Part shown: positions 40,862 to 49,911 of the stretch, piece by piece
Numbering within the stretch: position 1 is the stretch's first letter
Layout of the letters: each line of letters opens with the position of its first letter
DNA from: Candidatus Poribacteria bacterium
Lineage (GTDB): Bacteria; Poribacteria; WGA-4E; WGA-3G
DNA: 64,000 nt
Assembly (NCBI GenBank): GCA_964291315.2
Contig: OZ219753.1
Location: forward strand, 2,752,001-2,816,000
Direction: 5' to 3'
Notes under the pieces: model-generated
Databases searched by the model: none
What the model saw: only the letters and a program-made list of their open reading frames with translations
What the model was told of the DNA's origin: nothing
Made by a program: the position numbers and the translations under genes

Positions 40862-40885
40862 CGGCACATGGAGTGTGCCTATTAC
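40862..40885. repeat. REP-like palindrome at the mod1 stop codon
   Basis: CGGCACATGGAGTGTGCCTATTAC (GGCACA/TGTGCC stem). Confidence 0.5.
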
Positions 40886-42516
40886 CTTTCGTGGAGTGCA
40901 TCGGGAAGTTGGCAGAATATAATGCGCATGCGGGTGAGTTCCCGCTGTCCTATGTAATTGCCTGCTGCATAGACTATCGCCTTTCTGCCGGTCTGATCGC
41001 TCGCCTCCCGCACCCGCTCTGCACGCTCAATGTTGAGAATAGCGGCATCGCTGCGGAGGTATGCAAGATCGGGTTTGTAAATGAGATAATAGTCGTTTTC
41101 AGCGTCGCTGTGAAAAAGTCCGTCGTCATTTTTCGCCGTCAATGCGTTGGATCCGACAGAGGTGCCGGAGGTGGTATATAAGAGGTTTGCGGCGAGTGCG
41201 GCATATGAGGGCAGAGCCTCTCCGGTGAGCATTGTCTCTACCTCCATCGGTTTTCCGAGGGTGCAGTAAGTGAACGATCCGCCCAGGCCGTCGCGAAGAG
41301 CGGTGTCTCGGGCCTTAGGGACACCTTTGATGACGCGTCTGACGCGTTCCGCGGTGATGGTATCGGCATAGTTTTCGCACTCGATGAGGATAAACTTCCG
41401 ATTGCCGCCGTCCTCTTTATTCAGGGATACGACAGCATGTCCAGTCGTGCCGCTGCCAGCGAAAGCATCCAGAACAATCGAGTCTGGCGAGGTAGACAAC
41501 GAAACAAGCCGCTTTATTAGCTCAACCGGCTTGCTATTGTCAAAGACTTTCTTGCCGAAGATAGACTTCTGCTCGTTTGTAGCGTCGGTTGTTGTTGCGA
41601 GATCGTAGTAAATCGTGCGCTCTTTAATAACTTTGTCTTTATCTGCCATCTCGTCAAAATAGATGACCTCGTAAGGGGTCCAACGCCCACTTCTTTTGAT
41701 CCAATGAATATGCTCTTGATCTAAAGCTGCAGGACGAATTCTCCAACGCCCCTCATTTCCGTCTGGGGCTTGTGGAAAGAAAGGGTTGCCATCAGGGTCA
41801 TCGATCGGATAAAACATTGTTGGTCTATCGGTTCTATAGGCTCCGGATCCCCATTTTTCGAGTTTCAGGAATTTACATTTTCGCCCATTCTTGACTTTAG
41901 GGAACTCGGTTTGCGTTCGCTGTGAAGTTCTGAAGTTCATTGTGTATGCATCGGTTTTTCGGTAACAGAGGAGGTCTTCATGCTCTCTGGCGTAGTATTC
42001 AGAATCTTGTCCGCCGCCCGCCTTTTTTCTCCAGATGAGATGTGCGACAAAATGTGTTTCCCCGAAAATTTCGTCCATTAGCATCCGGAGGTGATGTTGT
42101 TCGTTATGATCAATAGAGATGAAAATGATACCGTCTTCTGAGAGGAGTTCCTTGAGTAGATGCAGCCTCGGCCACATCATACAGAGCCATTTATCATGCC
42201 GTTCCAAGTCCTCGTTATCCACGGGGGCGTTCTCTGTCAGCCACTGCTGCATCAACGGACTATTCACGTTGTCGTTATAGACCCAGTTCTCGTTGCCGGT
42301 GTTATAGGGTGGATCGATGTAGACGCACTTGATACGATTGGCATAGCGGGGGAGCAGTGCTTTGAGGGCGTGTAGGTTGTCCCCGTGGATAATGAGATTG
42401 TCATCTGTATCGGATGGGTTACAAGAGCGGTTTTCATCGGGTTCGAGGGGTCGATAAGGCACGGTGAGGTGGTGTGCGTAGATGTGCTGTTTGCCTTTGA
42501 ATTCAAGGGTCGGCAT
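40882..42516 (-). CDS. mod: Type III Mod subunit copy 1 (intact, m6A)
   Basis: MPTLEFKGKQ start with AAGGAG RBS; IHGDNL, YIDPPYNTG, TRD, KPVELI, DAFAGSGTT. Confidence 0.93.
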   Translation of the reverse strand: MPTLEFKGKQHIYAHHLTVPYRPLEPDENRSCNPSDTDDNLIIHGDNLHALKALLPRYANRIKCVYIDPPYNTGNENWVYNDNVNSPLMQQWLTENAPVDNEDLERHDKWLCMMWPRLHLLKELLSEDGIIFISIDHNEQHHLRMLMDEIFGETHFVAHLIWRKKAGGGQDSEYYAREHEDLLCYRKTDAYTMNFRTSQRTQTEFPKVKNGRKCKFLKLEKWGSGAYRTDRPTMFYPIDDPDGNPFFPQAPDGNEGRWRIRPAALDQEHIHWIKRSGRWTPYEVIYFDEMADKDKVIKERTIYYDLATTTDATNEQKSIFGKKVFDNSKPVELIKRLVSLSTSPDSIVLDAFAGSGTTGHAVVSLNKEDGGNRKFILIECENYADTITAERVRRVIKGVPKARDTALRDGLGGSFTYCTLGKPMEVETMLTGEALPSYAALAANLLYTTSGTSVGSNALTAKNDDGLFHSDAENDYYLIYKPDLAYLRSDAAILNIERAERVREASDQTGRKAIVYAAGNYIGQRELTRMRIIFCQLPDALHER

Positions 42517-42800
42517 AGAGGGAGCTCCTTTCGAAAAGCACCAATGGACGGCTGCGGTTGTGCAGATTCCGCTGTGAGTTTTGTTAACATTGCTTCGCTT
42601 GTGCGGGGGCATCATTGCTCTGATATTCTAGGCTTCCATGTTAGCATATTATTTCGCAAATGCCTAACATTTTTGATACTGTCTAAGCGAGAATTTAATC
42701 CAAATGTGTGTCGCAAAATTTGTTTTAAACGGCTATGTAGCGTATAATAGGGACACACTACAAAAACATGATTGAGTTCAGCTCGGAGGACGCTGCGATA

Positions 42801-44309
42801 ATGAAACATTTTGATACTCCTACATACACCCCGGTATTCCCAGGCCCCAATACAGAGCTGCTTGAGGCGCAAGCGAAGGTTTGCACGGGGCCGCATCAGA
42901 CGCGTCCGTTAGGTATAACGTCTTCGGATTCACCGCAGCCAGGGGCGCTCCTTGCGGTAATTTTAAAGTCTCTAGCAGGCGGACTCCCGGAAGCAGAGAC
43001 TGCTTCGGCGGCACAGATGGGTGCGTTTTTCGCAGCGATGCGGCTCCGCTCCTATTTTCCAGCATCAACACGGTGGAGCCCGGCAGAGGAAGCAGCGTTT
43101 CATAAATATCACTCGGCGCTCACAGAGCAATTACCGCCGGAGATTCAATACCTGATGAGTGCTGATCATGGCTACGCCGCGCGGAATCCGAGGGAGGCGG
43201 TTGTTGTGAAGGCGCTGGCAAAGATTTTACGGGCAGAACATCTGAGTTACATTGAGACCCGCGAGATGTGTGAAGCGATTCTTAGTGACGAAGTAGCGCC
43301 GGCGCTCAAAGGTGCTGCGTTGATCGGACAACGGATGAACCGCGAAACCTATGAGGAGGTACGCGGCTATTTAGATGCATTTTTTGGACCTGAAGCGGTT
43401 CAATCGATTGATATTGCCTCCCTCACGCATTTCGGACAACCTTACGATGGGGCGACCCGCTATTTTCGGCCCACGCTCTTTGTAGCAGCGGTGCGCGCAG
43501 CGCTCGGTGAAGCGTCACTCCTTCACAGTGTAGATGTGATGCCGCCGAAAAATGGGGTGACAGAAGAAGCTATCTTGAAAGCGCTTGGTGCCAACACCCA
43601 ACTCTCGCTTGAGCAGACGGTGTCACTGATTACGAACGAATTGGTAGGATTTGGGTATATTGGTCAGCGTGAATATAACCGTGCTGCTTATGATTTGCGG
43701 GAGTTGCGGGTGCACATCAAGAAACGTCCCCCTTGGGCGGCCACAGAGAAGGCGCAGCAGTTCTTTTCGGCGCGGGAGTCGAACTATATGGTGCTTGGCT
43801 ATTATCATATCGGTTACGAGAAGCCGCTTCTCCGGCTAGCGTGGGAGCGCGAATTTGACGCTGCCCTCGCTGTGAAAGGAGAAGAAGGGACGAGTCATTA
43901 TGCGCTACGGCTTGGTAAACCGTCTACAGCTGACAGAATGGCGGTCAATTATTCACAAGGTTTTCGTCGTGTGCGGGGAGACCGCGAAGACTTCGCTATG
44001 GATATAAACCCGGAAATTTACGGATTCGACTATGCGCGGAGTCCACGTCCGGAGGTCGTAAGTGCCCAGGCGTTTGCGGAAGCAGGTGTGGCGGCTCTCT
44101 CTGGCGAAAAAGGACATATCTACGATAGGATTTTGCTGAACGCAGCGATGGTTGACCATCTATTAGGAATCTGCCCGGAACCCGATGAGGCTTTTGCGCG
44201 TGCGAGATCTGTGATGGATGATGGAAGTGCTTTGAAGCATCTTCAGGCGTATGTAGCAAATAGCCGCAAGTTGCCTGCATCCAACGGTCACGGGAACTGC
44301 TGCCCGTAG
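42801..44309 (+). CDS. Anthranilate phosphoribosyltransferase-like (YbiB/TrpD2 family) protein, long form
   Basis: KVCTGPHQTRPL, AQMGAFFAAM, GQRMNRET, GQPYDGATR, MPPKNG, IKKRPP, VKGEEG; GGAGG RBS. Confidence 0.82.
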   Translation: MKHFDTPTYTPVFPGPNTELLEAQAKVCTGPHQTRPLGITSSDSPQPGALLAVILKSLAGGLPEAETASAAQMGAFFAAMRLRSYFPASTRWSPAEEAAFHKYHSALTEQLPPEIQYLMSADHGYAARNPREAVVVKALAKILRAEHLSYIETREMCEAILSDEVAPALKGAALIGQRMNRETYEEVRGYLDAFFGPEAVQSIDIASLTHFGQPYDGATRYFRPTLFVAAVRAALGEASLLHSVDVMPPKNGVTEEAILKALGANTQLSLEQTVSLITNELVGFGYIGQREYNRAAYDLRELRVHIKKRPPWAATEKAQQFFSARESNYMVLGYYHIGYEKPLLRLAWEREFDAALAVKGEEGTSHYALRLGKPSTADRMAVNYSQGFRRVRGDREDFAMDINPEIYGFDYARSPRPEVVSAQAFAEAGVAALSGEKGHIYDRILLNAAMVDHLLGICPEPDEAFARARSVMDDGSALKHLQAYVANSRKLPASNGHGNCCP

Positions 44310-44313
44310 TCAA

Positions 44314-45858
44314 TTACCATGGATGCGTCCGAAACGGCGATGCTGGTAGTCCGTCCTTGTTTATCAAATTGGGTTCGGCATTTTGATGCCAGCCGAATCG
44401 GGCTGCGATTGGCTTTGCGAGGGTGTGGCTGGAAACGACGACGGTATCGCCCTCAATTATTGCTTTTGCTTCAACGAATTTCTTGTTTTCACCGGCGATT
44501 TCAAACCATGTGAGTGGGTTCTCGTCTCGTGCCATCAATCCGCTACCGACGTGGTCGAATTTGAGTCGAATTGTGTTTCCCTCCACCGTCATGGATTCGT
44601 AGAGTGGCCCGGAATAGGTTGTATCCGCCTGCCCGTAAGTTTTGGCAAGGGCCCATAATGCTAATCGTCTCCCGACCTCTTGTTTGTTTTGGGGGTGGAT
44701 GTCGTTGAGGTTGCCGATGTCTGTGGTCACAACCATGCCGGTGTTTGGGACGGATAAGGTTGCGGTTTGTGCTTCCCAAATTTGTGGCAGAGAAAGTGGA
44801 TTTTTGATCCAACCGCTGTAATCGAAAGGTGCTAGTTGCACGAAATAGAAAGGGAAATCGCCTTGTTTCCAGACTTGGCGCCATCCTTTAATCAGGGCTT
44901 TCATCTTGTCATGATAGAGCATTCCATCTTGCAGATTTGATTCGCCTTGATACCAGAGTGCGCCTCGTATAGCGTATGGAACAAGCGGATGTACCATACC
45001 GTTGTAGAGCCCTGTGGGTCTTGCTTGGTGCCTCAACGGATGTCTATTGTCAGGCATCTGCGTAAGGTGTCTCCCGGTTTCTAACGCCTCTCGTGTCTCC
45101 GTTATCCATACCTCAATTTCTTTCATTTTTTTCGGCTGCTGCTGGCGGTAGGCGGAATGTACCTCCTGAATCTCTTTAGATATGGATTCAAGGGTCGGGA
45201 CACTGGCGAAACCAACAGGCGGTGTCCACGGTTCGATGCGGGTGCCACCCCAGGAGGTATTGATTAATCCGATCGGTACATCGAGGTTTTTATAGAGTTT
45301 CCGACCGAAATAGTAAGCGACGGCAGAAAAATTAGCGGCTGTCTCTGGCGTGGTTTCGGACCAGTCGGCTTCTACATCGTTCTGAAGCAATCCGGATGGA
45401 ACTCTCGGCACGTAGAACAGTCGGATATTCGGATAGTTCGCTGCGGCAATCTCTACTTCACTGTCTTTTGAGGCGCTGACAGACCACTGCATGTTTGATT
45501 GTCCTGAGCAGACCCAAACCTCTCCAAACAGAACGTTCGTCAGTTCAAGCGTGTTACGGCCAGCGACTCGGAGTGTATAGGGACCCCCGGCCTGCATAGC
45601 GGGAATTTTGATTTGCCAGTTGCCTTCTGCGTCGGCAGTCACGGTGGTTGAGAAAATGGGTTCGGCTCCTTCCTCGTCGGCGCTAAGATCTATTGTGACT
45701 TCTTCGCCCGCAGCGGCCCAACCCCAAATAGGGACCTCCCTATCGCGTTGCAATACCATGTTACTACCGATGATGTGTGGCAGGGTAACCTGAGCGTGGA
45801 CGAGGGGTTGTGTGAAAAGTAATAGAAAAGTGATAAGACATAGTTTGATTCGTTTCAT
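44314..45858 (-). CDS. Sialate O-acetylesterase (SASA) family, secreted
   Basis: GEVWVCSGQSNM, SWGGT, WYQGESN, DIHP.NKQEVG, PASPFRT. Confidence 0.92.
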   Translation of the reverse strand: MKRIKLCLITFLLLFTQPLVHAQVTLPHIIGSNMVLQRDREVPIWGWAAAGEEVTIDLSADEEGAEPIFSTTVTADAEGNWQIKIPAMQAGGPYTLRVAGRNTLELTNVLFGEVWVCSGQSNMQWSVSASKDSEVEIAAANYPNIRLFYVPRVPSGLLQNDVEADWSETTPETAANFSAVAYYFGRKLYKNLDVPIGLINTSWGGTRIEPWTPPVGFASVPTLESISKEIQEVHSAYRQQQPKKMKEIEVWITETREALETGRHLTQMPDNRHPLRHQARPTGLYNGMVHPLVPYAIRGALWYQGESNLQDGMLYHDKMKALIKGWRQVWKQGDFPFYFVQLAPFDYSGWIKNPLSLPQIWEAQTATLSVPNTGMVVTTDIGNLNDIHPQNKQEVGRRLALWALAKTYGQADTTYSGPLYESMTVEGNTIRLKFDHVGSGLMARDENPLTWFEIAGENKKFVEAKAIIEGDTVVVSSHTLAKPIAARFGWHQNAEPNLINKDGLPASPFRTHPW

Positions 45859-45986
45859 GTAGTTGCTCCTTATATGAATCAGCGAGGTTACTTGTTTGTT
45901 CTTCTAATAGTGTTGAGTCTTTCCAAATCCCGAGCGACCTTTCTCAGGGACTCAAACGTGTCATTTGGATCAAGGCAACGAATGTG

Positions 45987-48362
45987 TTAATTGCCATTCT
46001 CACTGCCTTGTAGACGTTCAGCGAGGTAGCTGTTACGTTCCATCACTTGATTATTTCGGATACAAATGGAGAGTGCTTGTTTGGTACCGACGATCACGAC
46101 GCGTTCTTTTGCCCGGGTAATACCGGTGTAAAGGAGGTTTCGTTGTAACATAAGATAGTGTTGCGTGTGTAAGGGGATAACGACTGCGGGGTACTCGCTG
46201 CCTTGTGCCTTGTGAATCGTTGTGGCGTACGCTAGGACGAGCTCGCCGAGGTCTGCTGTATCGTAAGCGACCTGTTTATCAGGGAACCGGACGCACACTT
46301 TTTTATCCACATGTTCGATTGCGACAATCCTTCCAATATCGCCGTTAAATACGTCGTAGTCGTAATTATTGCGGACCTGCATCACCTTATCGCCGATGCG
46401 GAAACCGCCTGCGGTGCGAGATCGGCTGTGGAACTGCGATACTTGCGGATCCGTACGAGGGGCGAAGCGTGCTTTTTCCAAGGGGTGGGTTGCTGGTGCA
46501 GCATATTCAGTGTTCAAAACTTCTTGAAGACGTTCATTGAGATTTTCGGTGCCGAGTGCGCCACGCCGCATTGGGCAGAGGAGTTGGATATCATCTATGG
46601 GATGGTAGTTGTAGTGTTGCGGCAGCCGGTGAGCAATGAGGGAGCATATTACCGTGACGATTTTGTCAGGGTCGTCCTCTTGTATAAAGAAGAAGTTTCG
46701 ATCGGCATTGCCAGTGAGTTCTGGGAAGTCTCCTTTGTTAATACGATGCGCGTTCATAACGATCATGCTCTCTTGTGCTTGCCGGAATATTTCAGTTAAT
46801 TCTATGACGGGGATCCGACGAGAGTCAATGAGCGATTTAAGCACATTGCCTGCTCCGACAGAAGGGAGCTGATCAACATCACCGATGAGGATAACGGAGG
46901 TCGTCGGCCGGATAGCTCGCATCAAACTATTCATTAAGATAATGTCGACCATAGACGTTTCGTCGACAATGACGACATCGGTGTTTAACGGGTTTTGGCG
47001 GTCTCGTTTAAATCTGTTAATGTGTGGCGAAAATTCGAGAAGGCGGTGAATCGTTTTGGCTTCCCCGGCGGTTGTTTCGCTGAGCCGTTTTGCGGCGCGT
47101 CCAGTGGGGGCGGTTAAGGTGACGTGTTTGCCTTGTGCTTCAAACAGGCGAATCATGCCGACAGTTGTTGTCGTTTTCCCGGTGCCGGGGCCTCCAGTGA
47201 GAATCATCGCTGGCGCGGTCATCGCTGTATGGATTGCCTCGCGTTGCTGGGGTGCAAAATGAATCTCCATTTCCGTCTCTAACTCAGTCAGGGCTGCATT
47301 ATTAATAAGCGAGGAAGGTTTCGGGGCTCCGTAATTGGGGGCGTGTGCTTTGTTAGATAGGAGTCTCAAGAGCTGGTTTGCGATTCCCATTTCAGCATAG
47401 TAAAAGGGTGCGAGGTAGATAGCAGAATGATTTTGAGGTGTTGACTGTTGGTCGTTGGTTGAGGGAGTCCCTGGAATCTCTTGTGGATCGCTAATTTTGT
47501 AGTTATCCAAGGGTTCTTCGACAGCAGCTTGTTGATCGGGGGGCATGGTGTCTGCAACGTCTAGACCGACGACTTCCTCTTTTTCGATGAGGGTGCGGAT
47601 GCCTTCTTCGATTGCTTCATGTTTTTGTTCAAGGATGGTTTGACACGTCTCAATAAGTTCCTTATGGTGCTGAAAGACGTGTCCTTCATCTGCTTTTTGG
47701 CTTAGAACGTATTTGATTCCTGCTTGGACTCTGTGGGGTGCGTCCTTTTCTATACCGAGCTTCTGCGCGATTGTATCGGCTGTCACGAATCCGATGCCGT
47801 AAATATCGTCTGCGAGCTGATAGGGATTCTCCGTGACAATGGCGATTGCATCGTTTTTGTAAGTTTTGTAAATTTTTGCGGCGTGCGTTGTGCTCACATC
47901 GTGAGATTGAAGGAAGAGCATAACGTTTTTGATTTCACGTTGTGCCTCCCATGCCTCTTTAATGATTTTCACCCGGTGCTGTCCGATGCCAGGGATACGC
48001 GCGAGCTTTTCAGGTTCCCGCTCGATGATATCCATGGTATCCATGCCGAATTTTTTAACGATGCGTGTTGCCATTTTTGGACCGATCCCTTTAATCAGAC
48101 CGGATCCGAGGTATTTCCTTAATCCGACTACATTTGCCGGCAAGATTGTTTCGTATTTCTCGATTTGGAACTGCCTACCGTATTTAGCGTTATCTACCCA
48201 CTCGCCTTGGAGAAGAAGGCTTTCCCCGGGGTTGACAGTTGCTAGATTACCGACGACAGTGATGAGTTCGGAGTGGGCGCGCGCTGCTAGTCGTCCGACA
48301 GTATAGCCGGTGTCAGGGTTCTCATAAACAATACGTTCAAGTATGCCGTGTAGCGTTTCCAT
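45987..48362 (-). CDS. recD2: ATP-dependent RecD2-type DNA helicase
   Basis: YLGSGLIKGIGP HhH motifs, GGPGTGKTT, APTGRAA, VDETSM, GDVDQLPSVG, TIHKAQGSEY, LYTGITRAK. Confidence 0.93.
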   Translation of the reverse strand: METLHGILERIVYENPDTGYTVGRLAARAHSELITVVGNLATVNPGESLLLQGEWVDNAKYGRQFQIEKYETILPANVVGLRKYLGSGLIKGIGPKMATRIVKKFGMDTMDIIEREPEKLARIPGIGQHRVKIIKEAWEAQREIKNVMLFLQSHDVSTTHAAKIYKTYKNDAIAIVTENPYQLADDIYGIGFVTADTIAQKLGIEKDAPHRVQAGIKYVLSQKADEGHVFQHHKELIETCQTILEQKHEAIEEGIRTLIEKEEVVGLDVADTMPPDQQAAVEEPLDNYKISDPQEIPGTPSTNDQQSTPQNHSAIYLAPFYYAEMGIANQLLRLLSNKAHAPNYGAPKPSSLINNAALTELETEMEIHFAPQQREAIHTAMTAPAMILTGGPGTGKTTTTVGMIRLFEAQGKHVTLTAPTGRAAKRLSETTAGEAKTIHRLLEFSPHINRFKRDRQNPLNTDVVIVDETSMVDIILMNSLMRAIRPTTSVILIGDVDQLPSVGAGNVLKSLIDSRRIPVIELTEIFRQAQESMIVMNAHRINKGDFPELTGNADRNFFFIQEDDPDKIVTVICSLIAHRLPQHYNYHPIDDIQLLCPMRRGALGTENLNERLQEVLNTEYAAPATHPLEKARFAPRTDPQVSQFHSRSRTAGGFRIGDKVMQVRNNYDYDVFNGDIGRIVAIEHVDKKVCVRFPDKQVAYDTADLGELVLAYATTIHKAQGSEYPAVVIPLHTQHYLMLQRNLLYTGITRAKERVVIVGTKQALSICIRNNQVMERNSYLAERLQGSENGN

Positions 48363-48421
48363 TTTTTTACGATGAACTCTGCGTACTGTTCCACTCCGTT
48401 AGTTCTCTGGATCATGAAAAG

Positions 48422-48488
48422 TTTTTTAACAATTGGGAAGGCTGCAAGGTCGACGGACGCAGCAACTTCGGCTTCAATTGTTAAAAAA
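48422..48488. repeat. Long inverted repeat between thrC and recD2
   Basis: TTTTTTAACAATTG ... CAATTGTTAAAAAA 14-bp arms with inner GCTGC/GCAGC stem. Confidence 0.75.
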
Positions 48489-48560
48489 AATGCCTTTGGC
48501 GATAGGCTGCTGTCTCCTGCTCAGTTTTTTAGTACTGTAAATAAAAGGAACGATTAAGGT

Positions 48561-49793
48561 TTAATTAATTTCTGTCATCAATTTCTGAAAAGCATTGAGT
48601 TGCGGGGGAATGGTATATGGTTTATCCGTTTTTTCTTGGAGAGCTTCAACGGTTTTGAGTCCGTTGCCTGTGATGGCGATGACTATCGATTCATCTCGTG
48701 CAATATGTCCGTTGTCTATCAATTTTTTGGTTGCGGCGAGTGTAACGCCGCCTGCGGTTTCAGTGAAGATTCCTTCTGTTGCGGCGAGGAGTTTGATTGC
48801 TTCTACGATTTCCATATCGGTAGCGTGTTCTCCGGCGCCGCCTGAGTTTCGAACGGTATCAACAGCATAGATGCCGTCTGCAGGATTACCTATGGCGAGC
48901 GATTTAGCGATCGTGTTGGGTTTCACAGGTTTTACAAAATCGCCACTTTCTTTGTATGTATTGACTATAGGGCCGCAGCCCTCTGCTTGGGCAACGTGGA
49001 TTTTGGTGTTGGGTTTATCTATTAACCCTAGAAGGTGGAATTCTTTAAGTGCTTTGCCAATTTTGGTAATAAGAGACCCCCCCGCGGCGGGTGCTACAAT
49101 ATGTGCGGGTGCTTTCCAGTCGAGTTGTTCGATAAGTTCAAAACAGAGGGTTTTTGAGCCTTCAGCGTAGAAAGGGCGGATATTGATATTGACAAATGCC
49201 CATGGGTAGACGCCTCCGATTTCGCTGCAGAGTCGGTTGACGTCGTCGTAAGTTCCGGTGATACCTACAACAGTGGGTCCGTAAACGAGGGATGCGACGA
49301 CTTTACCTACTTCGAGATCTGCTGGGATAAATAGGAAGCAATTGAGTTTGGCGATAGCGGCATGTGCGGCGACGGCGTTAGCAAGATTGCCTGTAGAGGC
49401 GCAGGAAACGGTGTCAAAATTGAATTCTTTTGCTTTGCTCAAGGCGACAGCGACAACCCGGTCTTTGAAGGAGAGTGTTGGATGGCAGACGGAGTCGTCT
49501 TTGATATAGAGCTCTTTGACACGGAGGGCCTCTGCGAGGTTTTTAGCCCGGATGAGGGGTGTAAACCCGGTGTTGTCGCCGTCGGTTGGTTCTCTGTCTA
49601 TGGGTAGGAGATCTGCATAACGCCACAAGTTTTCGGGTCCGTTTTCTATTGAACGTCTTGAGATGGATTTCTGTATCTCTTCATAGTTATAGTCTACTTC
49701 CAGTGGCCCGAAGCAGAATTCGCAAACGTGCAGTGGTTCTTTGGCATAGGTTTTATCACATTCGCGGCATCTGAGGCCCAATACTTTTTCCAT
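48561..49793 (-). CDS. thrC: Threonine synthase (PLP fold II, N-terminal CxxC pairs)
   Basis: CREC...CEFC, PTLSFKDR, ASTGN, NIRPFYAEGSKT, TGNGLK. Confidence 0.88.
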   Translation of the reverse strand: MEKVLGLRCRECDKTYAKEPLHVCEFCFGPLEVDYNYEEIQKSISRRSIENGPENLWRYADLLPIDREPTDGDNTGFTPLIRAKNLAEALRVKELYIKDDSVCHPTLSFKDRVVAVALSKAKEFNFDTVSCASTGNLANAVAAHAAIAKLNCFLFIPADLEVGKVVASLVYGPTVVGITGTYDDVNRLCSEIGGVYPWAFVNINIRPFYAEGSKTLCFELIEQLDWKAPAHIVAPAAGGSLITKIGKALKEFHLLGLIDKPNTKIHVAQAEGCGPIVNTYKESGDFVKPVKPNTIAKSLAIGNPADGIYAVDTVRNSGGAGEHATDMEIVEAIKLLAATEGIFTETAGGVTLAATKKLIDNGHIARDESIVIAITGNGLKTVEALQEKTDKPYTIPPQLNAFQKLMTEIN

Positions 49794-49911
49794 TGTTTTT
49801 TCCTTTGGATTTTGGCGCCGATTTTCCGTTTTCAAAACCGGATTTCTCAATAACCTTATCGCCTGTGAGGATAGATACAGCGTGATTTATGAATTATCTG
49901 CAGTTAAGAAA

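Noticed and set aside
40694-41181. Plus-strand ORFs 40694-40957 and 40855-41181 (and 38762-39097)
   Set aside because: Antisense shadows of mod, duplicated only because the mod arms are duplicated
49794-49911. SAM riboswitch upstream of thrC
   Set aside because: No SAM-I core motifs recognisable and the spacer is short
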